A DNA stretch of 35,319 nt from Halocafeteria seosinensis (GCA_001687465.1 LVLI01000378.1:1-35319), one strand, 5' to 3'; positions 24,795 through 35,118 are shown, counted from the stretch's first letter. Translations and numbers: made by a program. The notes: generated by a model not told the origin, from the letters alone.

Positions 24795-27355
24795 ATGGCA
24801 GCTACTGGCAACCACCCTTCATCTCAAGAAGCTCGTGAAGGGAATAAATTGGATAAGGATCTATCGGAGACCGCCAATACCAACCAGCACCAATCTCATG
24901 AACACGAAGAAATTAACCAAGCAGCATCACAGGAGGGTACAGACGCCAAGGAGAAGCGAAACTACATGACAGGTGAGTGAATGCTTACGGCGATGAATGA
25001 AAAATAATGTTAATAGGGGGATAATAACTGCGAACGCAGAATGGCAAGCGCGTCGGAAACACTTTCTGATCCTGTCGGAGCACGGCTTGCCCATTTTTTC
25101 AAGGTATGCCAATTTTCAGTGATACGACGGTATGGCTGCTGATGGATTCCTGTCACTTATACTGAAACCAGATATGAAGATGAAGAAGAGAATCAAGCAA
25201 ACATAGCTGGTTACATCAAAGGCCTCCTATCTAAGACTGAGAGCATTGGCGACGAGTTTCGGTAAGGACGATGGTGGCGATCTCTGCGTCCCAACCTCCA
25301 TTGGTCACTAGAATCGCTATACAGATTCATGGATTGTGGCAATGTCAGATTCGTGATCTTAAGAGAGAATAATTTGATCTTTGCGTGTATCACGAGAACA
25401 GGAGAAACTGTTACTTCGCTCTGTAGACAACTCAAGGCACTGAATGGGGTTATTGTTTGTACAGTATCTGCGGCCGTAAGTAAAATGCTGCTCAAATAGG
25501 ATGGGCTTATCTTTTATCGCAATCGCGACACATAATTGCTCATGCAGCCCTTTCAAGATAGTACATTGTTAGCTGTTGGAGATGATCTGGTGATCGCGGA
25601 GAGACCTTTACGCTATTGCATTCGGGCACTGAACCGAACACCCTCCTTTATGTGTAATTCCGTACCTATTTTGCCGGTTCCAACGACAACAAGGCAACTA
25701 GCCAAAGATTGTCTCAGTCCATGTGAGGGCTCAAAGCAGCTTCTGTAAGTTTTCCGTGTGCATTTTTGGCTACTTCTCGACGATACTGTCTAGGTTAGTT
25801 TTCAGGTGGGGCGCATTAGTGGCAGGGAATGAACTCATATCCTTTCGACGCGGAAATGCCAGGGCCGAGAGCTTAGTGCACGCGTTTGATCTTTTGACAG
25901 TGGTAACCTTTATCCAGTCGCAGTCAACCATTTACGCGGGGAACGCTACTCTTCCGTGCTGGTTTCCGTGCCAGAACCCTTTCGAGTATGTTTTCATGAG
26001 TAGACATTATGTTTCCCCTTTCCAATTTACCATAACTTTTTTCCAGCAATGTTCATGCGTTTGTTGGCTATCTGGGTTCTCTTCCACGGCACGCGGGTCG
26101 CACCAGTGTGCCCACATCGATCCGCAAGCAATCTCAGCAAGGCGATTCTGACGAGGCATCATCTCGAACTACTGGGCAAGAGATGGTTAGTCCGAAAGGG
26201 AATTCGCCTGTTAACGGGGCAGACGGGGGTGACAATGAATCTAGGAGGCGCAATCCCCATCCACACTTGAAATCGATGCGCCCTCATGCTATAAAGAAGC
26301 ACGAAAAGTCTATTAGTTCCGCCACCAACCGGGACGCTCTTCACTGCATAGAGGATGCGGAGAATGAAATTAGCTTAATCGCAAAAAAGAACAATGCGTT
26401 CCCTAACCCTACAGAAGATGGGACATCGTATTACTCAACGGATTCCCAAAGTGCCAATTCTGAAGATAGGGAGAAGATTCAAGCCTTGGATAGCAGGGAA
26501 ACCCCAGCAGCAAACGAATCCGAAGACTTAAGTAAGGATGGCAGATATATGGGCTCTGCGTATAGCCACAAAAGCCTTATGAACAAAAAAAGTCGCACTG
26601 ACGTTCGGTATCACGACAACTTACTAGACGACGTCTTAGTGATTCTAATTACCGAGGGTAACCACGCCGAGGCAATATCCGCTACGGCGAAACTAAAAGA
26701 TAAAATTGAAGATGTAAGTCTCTTCTTCTTTTTTCTTGACAAACGTAAAGACATTGGAAGTTGTTTATGATTATCAGAAAATCTACTCAAGCAAATTGGT
26801 GAATGGTATAGCTTCGTACGTAACCGAGAAAGGACTAGACTGCAGCCGCTACGATATTCCGGGACTGCTTCACTTTGTGTAAGTGTATACACACTGCTTC
26901 TCTTTCCTTAGTATGACTACAGGCTTTTCTTTGTTATAAAAACAGGTTCATGGATTTGAAGACACATCAATTCGTCCAGTCAATGTTCCCAAGGCAGTTC
27001 CGTGCGCATAGATGGAGAAAATGGTATGCTCGTAACCCGTCCGTAGAGTGAAGTGGATTCGATACATTGCTTGTGTTTCGTCTTTCCCAGGTTATTACGT
27101 AGGTATGATAGAGTTTATGAACGTCTCACATCGGAACCGAAGACAGTCCAGTGTGTCGCTGATGACACGAGTGAGCTTCCGCTTATCGTATCAGGTTGCA
27201 CTAGTGACAATTTCCTCGTGCTCGCGTCTTTTTCTTCGGAGAAGATACACAGACAGGACAACATTGGATGCATACCTAGAAAACTGAAGGGTCTGATAAA
27301 GTATTTGCGAGAAGGTAGCCGTAGCTTTTTCCTTAGCGATCAACGTTTTTCATGA
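24795..27355 (+). CDS. MON1: MON1/SAND-family longin-domain protein (Rab7 GEF subunit), divergent, multi-exon
   Basis: EWQARRKHFLILSEHGLPIFSR|YEDE...IKGLLS...GD...FVILRENNLIFACITRTGETVTSLCRQL matches the remembered Mon1 longin-1 pattern W..RKKHFFILS..GKPIYSRYGDE. The 3' exons are less certain. Confidence 0.78.
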
Positions 27356-29385
27356 CATGCGGATAGCAACCCCATCTCTAGGGATACACAGCCCATTTTT
27401 CTGGAGGGAGTCCGGCTTGAGAGTCTCAGTCCTTCGTGGCAGGAATAATAAATGTTAGCAATCCCTAAACGAATGAGCCCCATGTTGCACATGGCACACG
27501 GAACTGCTTCTTCGTAGCCGACTCCTATGCCATCAAGTTCCACCACCCAGCAGTGGGCTCCCTGCAACGGTACATCAGCAGGGACGGAGCTACTGCGCAG
27601 ATGGCTTGACATGAGCGCTCTCACGGCAGCATGAATTTCACTGTGCATAACATGCTTTTGCGTAGAGGGAGACTGTGCGGTAGAGGTTTTCTGTCGCTTA
27701 GCTGGTTGCTTAAAAGTTGTATCTCTGCGGCTATCATCGCTTTGGCAACACATTGACATAGTCTCACTGTTGGCCGCCCTTTCCTGAGCTTCCTTTAGCT
27801 CAGCATCAGTAACGTGAGTCACATGATTTTGTCCGAAAGAGAAGAGGCGGTTTTTACTCACGTACACTCCGGAACTCTCCGCTTGTAGATCAGCGGGAAA
27901 GTATAGCTCTTGGTGGTCTTTCGGTGGCTCTACTGGGCTCAAGGGCACAACAATTACTGCTCCGTGCTTTGAGCCTTTTTGGTCACCAAGCCTAGCGCAT
28001 TCAGCAGCCCGAAGAAAGCAATATTCCCCTGTTCCTGGTTTGGGGTTTAGAGCACTCTTCACATCTTCCTCATGTAATATCCCCAGCGCTGCTGCTTCTC
28101 TCATCAGTTCCGGCTGACAAATATATACAAGATGCTTGTACAAATCATTGGCATTGTGTAAGTCGTTGTGCACACTCTGGTGCAGTTTCTGTACTGCAGT
28201 CTTTCCTTTATCCACGTGCCTGGACTTAACCGATGACGCAAATAGAAGCAAATAGCTGCGGGCATTCGGCTGATACTCCTTGGGGAAGTCTTCCGAATCA
28301 CAGAACGCATTCCACCTGTCAATGACGGAGTCTATAAAATTGGTCTTCCTGCTGTCACTCAGGTGTCCCGTTGCAGTTTGCTTCGCCACTGCAATGACAT
28401 CTTTCTTAGCGAGCCCTCCGTGCGGACGGTCTCGGATAAACTCTTCAAGGCGGTCGTTACCATAGACTGGTAGTTGTAAACACGAAGATGACGTGAGCGT
28501 TCTCTCCATGTGCTTTTCGCATAGGTCATTAAGGGATAACTGGGCTTCGCCTCTTGTGATAATGTCTTCTTCAGATGATATTTCGGCGTTTCCAGAATCT
28601 GGTGAGCTCTGGTGTAACGCCTCCAGTCCCTTGATGCATGTGAGTACGGGCAATGACGGCAACCACTGATCATTATTCAGTCTGCCACCTATGGATTGTG
28701 CTACATATTGAATGCTCTCGCTGGCTTCCGTAGGAAGCTCAAGTTTCTGGTTCGTCAGACCAGAGACACGCTTACACGCGGATTCCAAATGAGCACAGGT
28801 TATGATGCCGATAGAGGTTTCGTCCATTTTGTAGACTGACTTCAGTATCGCATTTAAGTCGGCGGCGGTCATGGTTTGCTTGTGTAGTGCTCGTCGCGCC
28901 AGCAGGGTCAGGGCAATTTCATGATGAAAACTGTAGGCCAAATGCTGCATTGCTACTGTAAAAGGACGGTGTGGAGCGAAGACACACAAGTTCAGCAGGG
29001 TATCGAGCGCGTTGGCCGACTGTGGTTGAATAAACTTGGGTAGCTTTCCCATCTCTATCGCACCAAAATCCCCGTGTATACTCCTGTGTGGCTTTGCCAC
29101 AGTGCGTTGCTCCCACGAAATGTTCGGTTCCCCATCCACGCTGCTTCACACAGACGCCGGCATGGACATTGACCGAAGGTATATCTTATTTAATGGACAT
29201 GAAGTGCGTGTATATCGATACGCAGTCTGTGAATGCCTATTAGCAATCCGCGAGTTGTACGAACAAACCAATAGAGGAAGAGCAACTTCGCCCGCCGTGG
29301 GTGGAACATTCTCGTAGTGAGCGTCGAACAAACCAACGCCCCGTTGCGAATTGCCATCACCTACAGACGCTGCACTAGTGGACAA
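27340..29385 (-). CDS. Protein of 600 aa or more with a C-terminal cytidine/dCMP-deaminase-fold domain; 5' end uncertain
   Basis: KHGAVIV, HSEIHAA (HxE) and AVPCAMCNMGLIRLGI (PCxxC) lie in ORF 27340-29139. A phase-compatible GTATCG...GCAG intron can link it to upstream ORF 29146-29385. Confidence 0.8.
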
Positions 29386-29763
29386 ATTGGGTGTATTGTT
29401 CCAATAGAACTATTTTAACGGGAATGAGACTTCATATTTAGCGTGTCATTGGGTTCTTAGAAAACGTGCTAGAGCAAGGCCTTTTTCTGTCGCAAACAGC
29501 GGGCAGATTACGTGTTAAATTCCAATCAACGGAGCTGCGTAGACCACTTTTCTGAGTAGAAAGAAAGAGAAGTCATAGTACAGATAAAGAGTGAACCAAG
29601 CGTTACGCTCAGAAAGCGTAAACTATAATAGATCGAGGTGTGTATGTAGGCTGGCCCAGAGGTTTTCGGGTTGAACTTGATCGTTCCTATCCTTTGCTTG
29701 GAAAATACTGCCGCACAAGGTAACAGTGGGACAAAGTAGGGAAGACAAGAGCAAAAATACAAA

Positions 29764-31059
29764 ATGGCTGCTGCTAACGTGGGAGGTCATATGCAAACCG
29801 GCGCTCGGAGCGGACAGCAAGGAAACACCATACATGCCCAAAGCGCTGCCTCCACTAGTCAGTTAATCGATCACACCAATGGGCGCTCATCACGTCCAAC
29901 GCCAAGTGGTAGCTCCCATTCTCTTTGTGGACATAAGCGTCCTGCAGACGATGATGATTTGGAGCAAATACATCGGTGTAAACGCTTGCTGAAGAACCTG
30001 AAGCTTTCAAGTAAACCACGGCGAACATTCAAAAGCAGATTTACATCTTCAGGTGGTCTCTCCAGCATGCAATCGTTATCAACAGAGCTAAGCCGTCAAA
30101 AGAGGTCTCGAGAGGAGGACTTGGATGGTTTGCTGTCTGCTGATTCCGAGACATCTCATCCTGCTTCTTCTGCTGCTGCGTCATCTGGGAGCGCTACTGC
30201 CACACTAGGTGGGGGTGACCACTTCTCAAGATTACTTTATGGCGTTCTTTTGCCAAAAAGTAAACAAGCACGGCGGCGGGTGGCGAGAGGGACTTCTTCG
30301 TTACGTCAAGTTAACAATGATGACGGCGAATGTACAACACCTGACACGTCACAGCAAGAACACAATGGTAATACGCCGAGTGAAGAGGAGCCATCCATCT
30401 GGCCACCGCTGCAGAATCCTTCTTGTCCCGAAATTCCCTCCGCTGAGCCTTCTGATCCAGAAAATCACTTATGCGTTGTCCTTCCGCCAAAGTCGTCTAG
30501 AAGCAATTTCAGATCGACTATGGTGCAAGCCCTTCACGAAGCGGCGTCTAACAATGGCGAGGTGTGGCTGCGCATAGGCAAACTGCTAGACGGACAAACT
30601 TTGGTAGTTGATGATACACCGTCATTACGTTATGGCACTCCATGGGAGAACAGCGCTCATCCACAAGAAGCTGTTCCTGCGAGCTCGGGTGATAGTGAAC
30701 TGCCAGAGATGCTAGCGTCAAGCTTGAACGCCTTGTGTGAACGGAATTCTAATCAAGAAGCGATAGTACCTTATAGCAACCGCGCAAAACTGTATTGGGA
30801 GCCGAAAGGATCCTTATGGCTGGATGCTAGAGCATTGTTAGGGGTCTCCTGGGACTACCTGGAAGAAATTTTAGGCATACCGATGACACAACTGAGGGAG
30901 TATATTGTGTACAGAACCCCCGACCTTTATGAGCCCGTTCAATCAGAAGATAGCTCTTTACGGACACAGGACATACAAACACCTCGGATAGAGGTTATAG
31001 ATGAGAATGAGGAGCAAGCACCATTTGACGCGGATGTAGACTTTGAGAATGGCCAATAA
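29764..31059 (+). CDS. Hypothetical 431 aa Ser-rich protein with basic NLS-like patches
   Basis: Single ORF with ATG in aaaATGG context and the patches HKRPA, QKRSR and KQARRR. No family recognised. Confidence 0.75.
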   Translation: MAAANVGGHMQTGARSGQQGNTIHAQSAASTSQLIDHTNGRSSRPTPSGSSHSLCGHKRPADDDDLEQIHRCKRLLKNLKLSSKPRRTFKSRFTSSGGLSSMQSLSTELSRQKRSREEDLDGLLSADSETSHPASSAAASSGSATATLGGGDHFSRLLYGVLLPKSKQARRRVARGTSSLRQVNNDDGECTTPDTSQQEHNGNTPSEEEPSIWPPLQNPSCPEIPSAEPSDPENHLCVVLPPKSSRSNFRSTMVQALHEAASNNGEVWLRIGKLLDGQTLVVDDTPSLRYGTPWENSAHPQEAVPASSGDSELPEMLASSLNALCERNSNQEAIVPYSNRAKLYWEPKGSLWLDARALLGVSWDYLEEILGIPMTQLREYIVYRTPDLYEPVQSEDSSLRTQDIQTPRIEVIDENEEQAPFDADVDFENGQ

Positions 31060-31111
31060 TACGACTAATGGAGTAAATTTCTTCCAAAGTACGTGTGGGG
31101 AACATCATCTC

Positions 31112-32430
31112 TTAGATGTTTCGCCGAGCCCTGGCTGCGGCAAATCCACTGCCTCCTACCACACCCTCTCCTGTGCCGAACTCGTTATCTTTTGATTCCA
31201 AGAAACCACTCTCCTTGCTGTCTATCCCTGATTCCGCGTAACTAGTGATTCTTTGGACAGGGATGGAGCTCGAAGATCCACCAATAGCCAAAAGAGATGC
31301 CTCGTGCATTGCTGTGGCAAAAATGGGTCCTTCGTGCTTTATTGTACCGACTACTGAGTTTCCGCTTGTTCTGTCGAATACCTTAGCACAGTTTTCCCCA
31401 CTACCTCCTGCGAGAATCAAGCATTGTTGCTCATCTCTAGAAAATGTTGCGGAGTAAATGCTGGTTCCAGGACCGTCAGCAGCCCTTGAAAAACGAATCG
31501 TTTCCAGTTTGGTTCCCTTATGCAAATCCCAAAGTTCCAAGGGGTCATTGGGCCGCCAGCTTCCGGTTAGTAGTTTTCCGTCTTTTGTGACGTCCAAGCT
31601 GTCCCCACAGATATGAGGACCGAAAATAGATCGCACGCTGGAGCCTGTCCTACTATCCCATACTTGGATAGTGTTGTCCCAACCACCGGTAACCAGTAAG
31701 TTCTCGTCGCTAGGAACAAATCGCAGGGAAAACACTCTATTTCCGTGGCCTGCATCTCCAAGGAGTCTATCCTTTCCCATTTCTTGAGACAGCTCCCTCG
31801 TGTGTTCATCATATATTCGTACTACCCTGTCCTTTCCGGCCGTGGCAAACAAGGATGCGTCCTGTTTATAGTCACAACAAAGGACTTGGTTATTCGGTTC
31901 AGTGATCCGGCTTAAGCACTTCTCGCTGGGGACGTGCCAATGCTGGACGCTCCCATCCGCTCCTGGAGATAGAAAGCGTTGAAAGATAACAATGAAAGGA
32001 TGAAATTAATCTATTTCTGAATTTGCTTACCACAAGCCAGCAGCACATTTGTTGTGGTCGAGTCGTTCGTCTCAGGACGAAAGCACAGCCCAGTGATTCC
32101 TAGCGCATCTTTGCTTCCGGTAAACAATTCGTATTTGCGTACCGCAGTAAAGGGATTATGTACCTGCTACGTAGCAGACTCAATTGGTAGGTGTACCACA
32201 GAAGTATACCTCCCGTGGTGTGTACTAACCCGTATGATGCCATCGTCCCCTCCGATTGCGAGCAAGTCCCCAGTCGGATTGAACTCCAATGAGAAAACCT
32301 CATATCCACCCTCGCTGCGCAACACAGGATAAATATAGCATCCAAAAACCCCATTCTAAATGGAAATACCACTTTCATCAGAATGCAAAAGGCCTTACGA
32401 GATCGTTGCCTGGGAGGTAAGGTGCTTCAT
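31112..32430 (-). CDS. WD40-repeat protein, multi-exon
   Basis: VFSLEFNPTGDLLAIGGDDGIIR, FATAGKDRVVRIYD, GHGNRVFSLRF...LVTGGWDNTIQVWD and LELWD. ATG at 32430 is followed by a GTAAG intron. Confidence 0.9.
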
Positions 32431-32733
32431 TTTCCAGGCTCAAACCAAGCAAAGCGACTTGCTGTATTACCAAAAAAAGGCCTGCTTATTCGTTGTACTC
32501 GGCTAGCAGACCAGACCAAAGAGTGCTGCTGTTGATTAGTGCAAATTAATTGGGGAGTAAATTTGGGCAACAAATACCAGTATGTTACATGCAATATTAC
32601 CGGTACTGGTATACCTCTACGGCAGAGAGGCTCTACCTTGGGGAGAGTGACTTTGGGATGCACACTCACTCTTGCTATGCACGAGAAATATTAAAAGTAT
32701 AGGTAGCACGCGCGGCGGATCATTATCCGACAC

Positions 32734-33242
32734 TTAAAGGACTGCGAGCTCAGCTAAGCTATCCCGCGGGACCGATTCCGGGTCTGACGGTCGGTGCTCA
32801 TCTAGCGCCAAGTTCGCTTGGTGATCCGCCTCCTGGTTCCTACTCCTCGGCAAGAATTCCCATGTTATCTCCATATGGGTGCCAGAGCTGATTTCCTCGA
32901 TCCGCCTCCACGTTTCGTGAAGAGAGCGGCTATTAATCCGTTTATTCCCATTGATCTGTCCTCCATATGGGTGCCAGAGCTGATTTCCTCGATCCACCTC
33001 CACTTTTCGTGAAGAGAGCGCTTATTAATCCGTTTATTCCCATTGATGTTGACCATTCTCCGCAACGTAGCTCAGTCCCAGTTGGAGCGCAGCAATGGCC
33101 GCTCCGTATTCCACCTCATTGTTCGTGGCCCGGCCAATGAACTCCTTCTGCGAACCAACATATTCCTCACCAGCTTACTTGATAGCGTAGATAACGACAC
33201 CTGTTGCTGCCGGCCCCGCGATGCGCCATCGAAGTACGCCAT
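32734..33242 (-). pseudogene. Disrupted RNase HI domain (archaeal/plant-like type), probably retroelement-derived
   Basis: YFDGASRG, a frameshift, AATGVVIY, an in-frame stop, GRATNNEVEYGAAIAAL, a missing GDS segment, a tandem duplication, then WEFLPRSRNQEADHQANLALD. Confidence 0.85.
32869..33047. repeat. Tandem duplication, 87-nt unit with 92-nt period (32869-32955 and 32961-33047)
   Basis: ctccatatgggtgccagagctgatttcctcgatcc...tattaatccgtttattcccattgat occurs twice with only a few mismatches. Confidence 0.95.
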
Positions 33243-33731
33243 GATTTGCCCAGGTTGTCCATCCTGTCTTTCACGGTTGATCGTTGCTTGTGCCTGTTCC
33301 TGCGAACCGGTAGTGAGACTAAGTGAGGCCCTCACTGTGAGGGTCCAGAGACACACACACACCAGAGGGAGTGGTAGTTGTACCATATTAGCCCCCGAGT
33401 TGACCGCGCGTTTTAACAATTAGACGTATTAGACAATACTAAGTCATTCATATGGAACAATTGATTGACGGACAAGCTGCTGCTTTTATCCTCTCTTGTG
33501 TATTTATTTTCTTTAATGTAATACTCTGGGGGTCACTAAGAAATACTTGGCAACACTGTACGCGATTGTGATTCCTTGGTAATAGTGTGTATTGTATACG
33601 TCCTACCGGAAGAATCTACGAGCAAGATGATACCATTCTACTTACGTTTCAAATTGCGCGGTAGTCACGAAATGCCAGATCATTTTGACGTTCTCTCTCA
33701 TCAAGCACAGGCTTAGCCGAGACATCACCCG

Positions 33732-34056
33732 ACCCGAATGGAAGGATGGACATCGTCGCCGAGGGGCCTCTGGTCGAGCTGTTTATAGAAGTCACCGTGT
33801 CAACCCTTTAACACAAGATAGGATGGGAAGAGCGGCCAACACCAGACTATGCGTGGCCATGGAAGCAGAAAACCAGAAACGGACAAAGTATTCCCACTTA
33901 CGCAGACATGATAGGGAGCTTATTCCTTTCGCGATGGAAGCGACTGGAGGCATCGGAGACGATGCGTATCGCTTCCTTAAGCGTCTGGCAAAGAGATTTC
34001 CGGGGACACTGAAAGGAGCGTGGGATCACCGAAACTACAGGAAGCTCGGACTGTGA
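33732..34056 (+). mobile_element. Restriction-like endonuclease (RLE) fragment of a CRE-like non-LTR retrotransposon, frameshifted
   Basis: GRMDIVAEG..ELFIEVTV, a frameshift, then NPL...AMEAENQKRTKY...LIPFAMEATGGIGDDAYRFLKRLA. Confidence 0.85.
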
Positions 34057-34474
34057 CGGCATGGGCTTTTCCAATTGTATGGGCATTCTGCATGCCTTCA
34101 GTTCCTTTCCCAGCGCAGACGTGATTGAGTTGTGTCTGGCAGTACGGAGGTCAGCTGAACCTTCGGCTCCGCAGCAGAGTGCGTGGTGGAGTGGTTCGAT
34201 GAGCCCGGCGGGCCCCTTAATTAGGTTTGTTTGTGGGAGACCCAGGTAGAGTCGTAAAGCCATCGCATATTCGCCATCATCCAGCGCGATGTGCTGGTGT
34301 GGGGCCGCATAGAGCCATGCGGAAGCCCCGTTTGCCGAGGCACAAGTGAGCACGGCCTTCTGGCGGAGACTCAGTCTCTCTTTTGGTGCCGCCCGCTCCA
34401 CCTTGTTGAGAGTTGTGTCTGGCAGTACGGAGGTCAGCTGAACCTTCGGCTCCGCAGCAGAGTGCGTGGTGGAG
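34057..34474 (-). mobile_element. Pre-knuckle/zinc-knuckle fragment of a CRE-like non-LTR retrotransposon
   Basis: GASAWLYAAP...LDDGEYAMALRLYLGLP...HHALCC...RTARHNSI...IQLEKPM, the typical region between RT and RLE in this clade. Confidence 0.85.
34127..34474. repeat. Identical 65-nt direct repeat (34127-34191 and 34410-34474)
   Basis: gagttgtgtctggcagtacggaggtcagctgaaccttcggctccgcagcagagtgcgtggtggag occurs twice. On the minus strand it encodes LHHALCCGAEGSADLRTARHNS. Confidence 0.95.
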
Positions 34475-34637
34475 GAGTGGGTAATAGTGGCATACTGTAT
34501 GTCGGCCATGCGTCCTCTCGGCATAGGAACCAAATATCTTAACAACGCTCCCCATTGCCGTGTCTGAGACGCTCCTTCGCCTAGCGGGGAGGGTTGCCTG
34601 TAAACGACTGTCCCCGAACTTCCCAACATGTACTACT

Positions 34638-34709
34638 TCTCTGGTAGTATAGCGGTTAGTATTCCCGCCTGTCGAGCGGGGGACCGGGGTTCGACTCCCC
34701 GCCAGAGAG
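34638..34709 (+). tRNA. tRNA-Asp(GUC), 72 nt, intronless
   Basis: Acceptor stem TCTCTGG/CCAGAGA, D arm GTAT/GTAT, anticodon stem CCCGC/GCGGG with loop CT-GTC-GA, T arm CGGGG-TTCGACT-CCCCG, discriminator G. A and B boxes are intact. Confidence 0.96.
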
Positions 34710-34728
34710 CGGTTCGTCTCTTAAACGA

Positions 34729-34733
34729 TTTTT
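34729..34733 (+). terminator. Candidate Pol III terminator (T5) for the tRNA
   Basis: First T run, 20 nt after the tRNA 3' end. It lies within the RT codons TTT TTC. Confidence 0.55.
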
Positions 34734-35094
34734 CTCGGGTATCCAGTTTGGCGCTGGAGTTAAGGGTGGCCTTGAGGCGGTTATACATTCTTGTCGACAG
34801 GCTTTCAGGGAATGTTGCGGCGTTTTGCAGATCGACTGCAAGAATGCCTTCAATTGCGTCTCTCGACGGCATGTGGCCAATGTTGTCAGTCGCGAATTCC
34901 CTTCGTTGTCTCGTTACTTTGCCTGGGCCTATGGAGGCGATACTCCTCTGCTATATCGGATGGTGGAACTGGACGCGATTTGTAGAATCTTGCAGCGTGC
35001 TCTTCGGGAGCTCAAGATTCCCATTGATGTGGAGCATCCTGTTGAAGGTGGCGTCATGGATATTGTGGCTCACGGGGACACCAGTGATTCGTTG

Positions 35095-35118
35095 ATTAAT
35101 TATTAATTATTAATTATT
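35095..35118. repeat. (ATTAATT) x ~3.4 short tandem repeat
   Basis: attaatt attaatt attaatt att, between the plus-strand retroelement fragment and the convergent RNase H end. Confidence 0.85.

Larger units (their letters stand above)
34551..35090 (+). mobile_element. Internally deleted CRE-like RT fragment (subdomains 2, 2a, 3) interrupted by a tRNA gene and fused to a post-knuckle/RLE-start fragment
   Basis: PIAVSETLLRLAGRVACKRLSP (34551-34616), a 100-nt insert, then SLKRFFSGIQFGAGVKGGLEAVIHSCR...LQIDCKNAFNCVSR...FPSLSRYFAWAYG (34717-34956), then DAICRILQRALRELKIPIDVEHPVEGGVMDIVAHG. No YxDD motif is present. Confidence 0.88.

Noticed and set aside
32711..32729. gcggcggatcatta resembling the 18S rRNA 3' end as a possible element target site
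   Set aside because: Only ~9 nt match exactly and there is no other rRNA sequence; compatible with chance.
32869..34474. Direct repeats as CRISPR array or LTRs
   Set aside because: Each occurs only twice, lies within coding relics and lacks spacers, TG...CA ends or a primer-binding site.
34475..34550. MRPLGIG (+) or PMPRGRMADI (-) as a further retroelement fragment
   Set aside because: Too short, and the two readings conflict; it cannot be assigned without a search.
33898..34629. 243-aa minus-strand ORF as a real gene
   Set aside because: It is a chance read-through across antisense RT, an out-of-frame repeat, the knuckle fragment and antisense RLE.
34617..34716. The tRNA-containing insert as a spliceosomal intron that would restore RT
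   Set aside because: No GT-AG or GC-AG ends in any junction register, and the RT is deleted downstream (no YxDD) anyway.
34628..35095. 155-aa plus-strand ORF
   Set aside because: It reads through the tRNA and is out of frame with the RT motifs.
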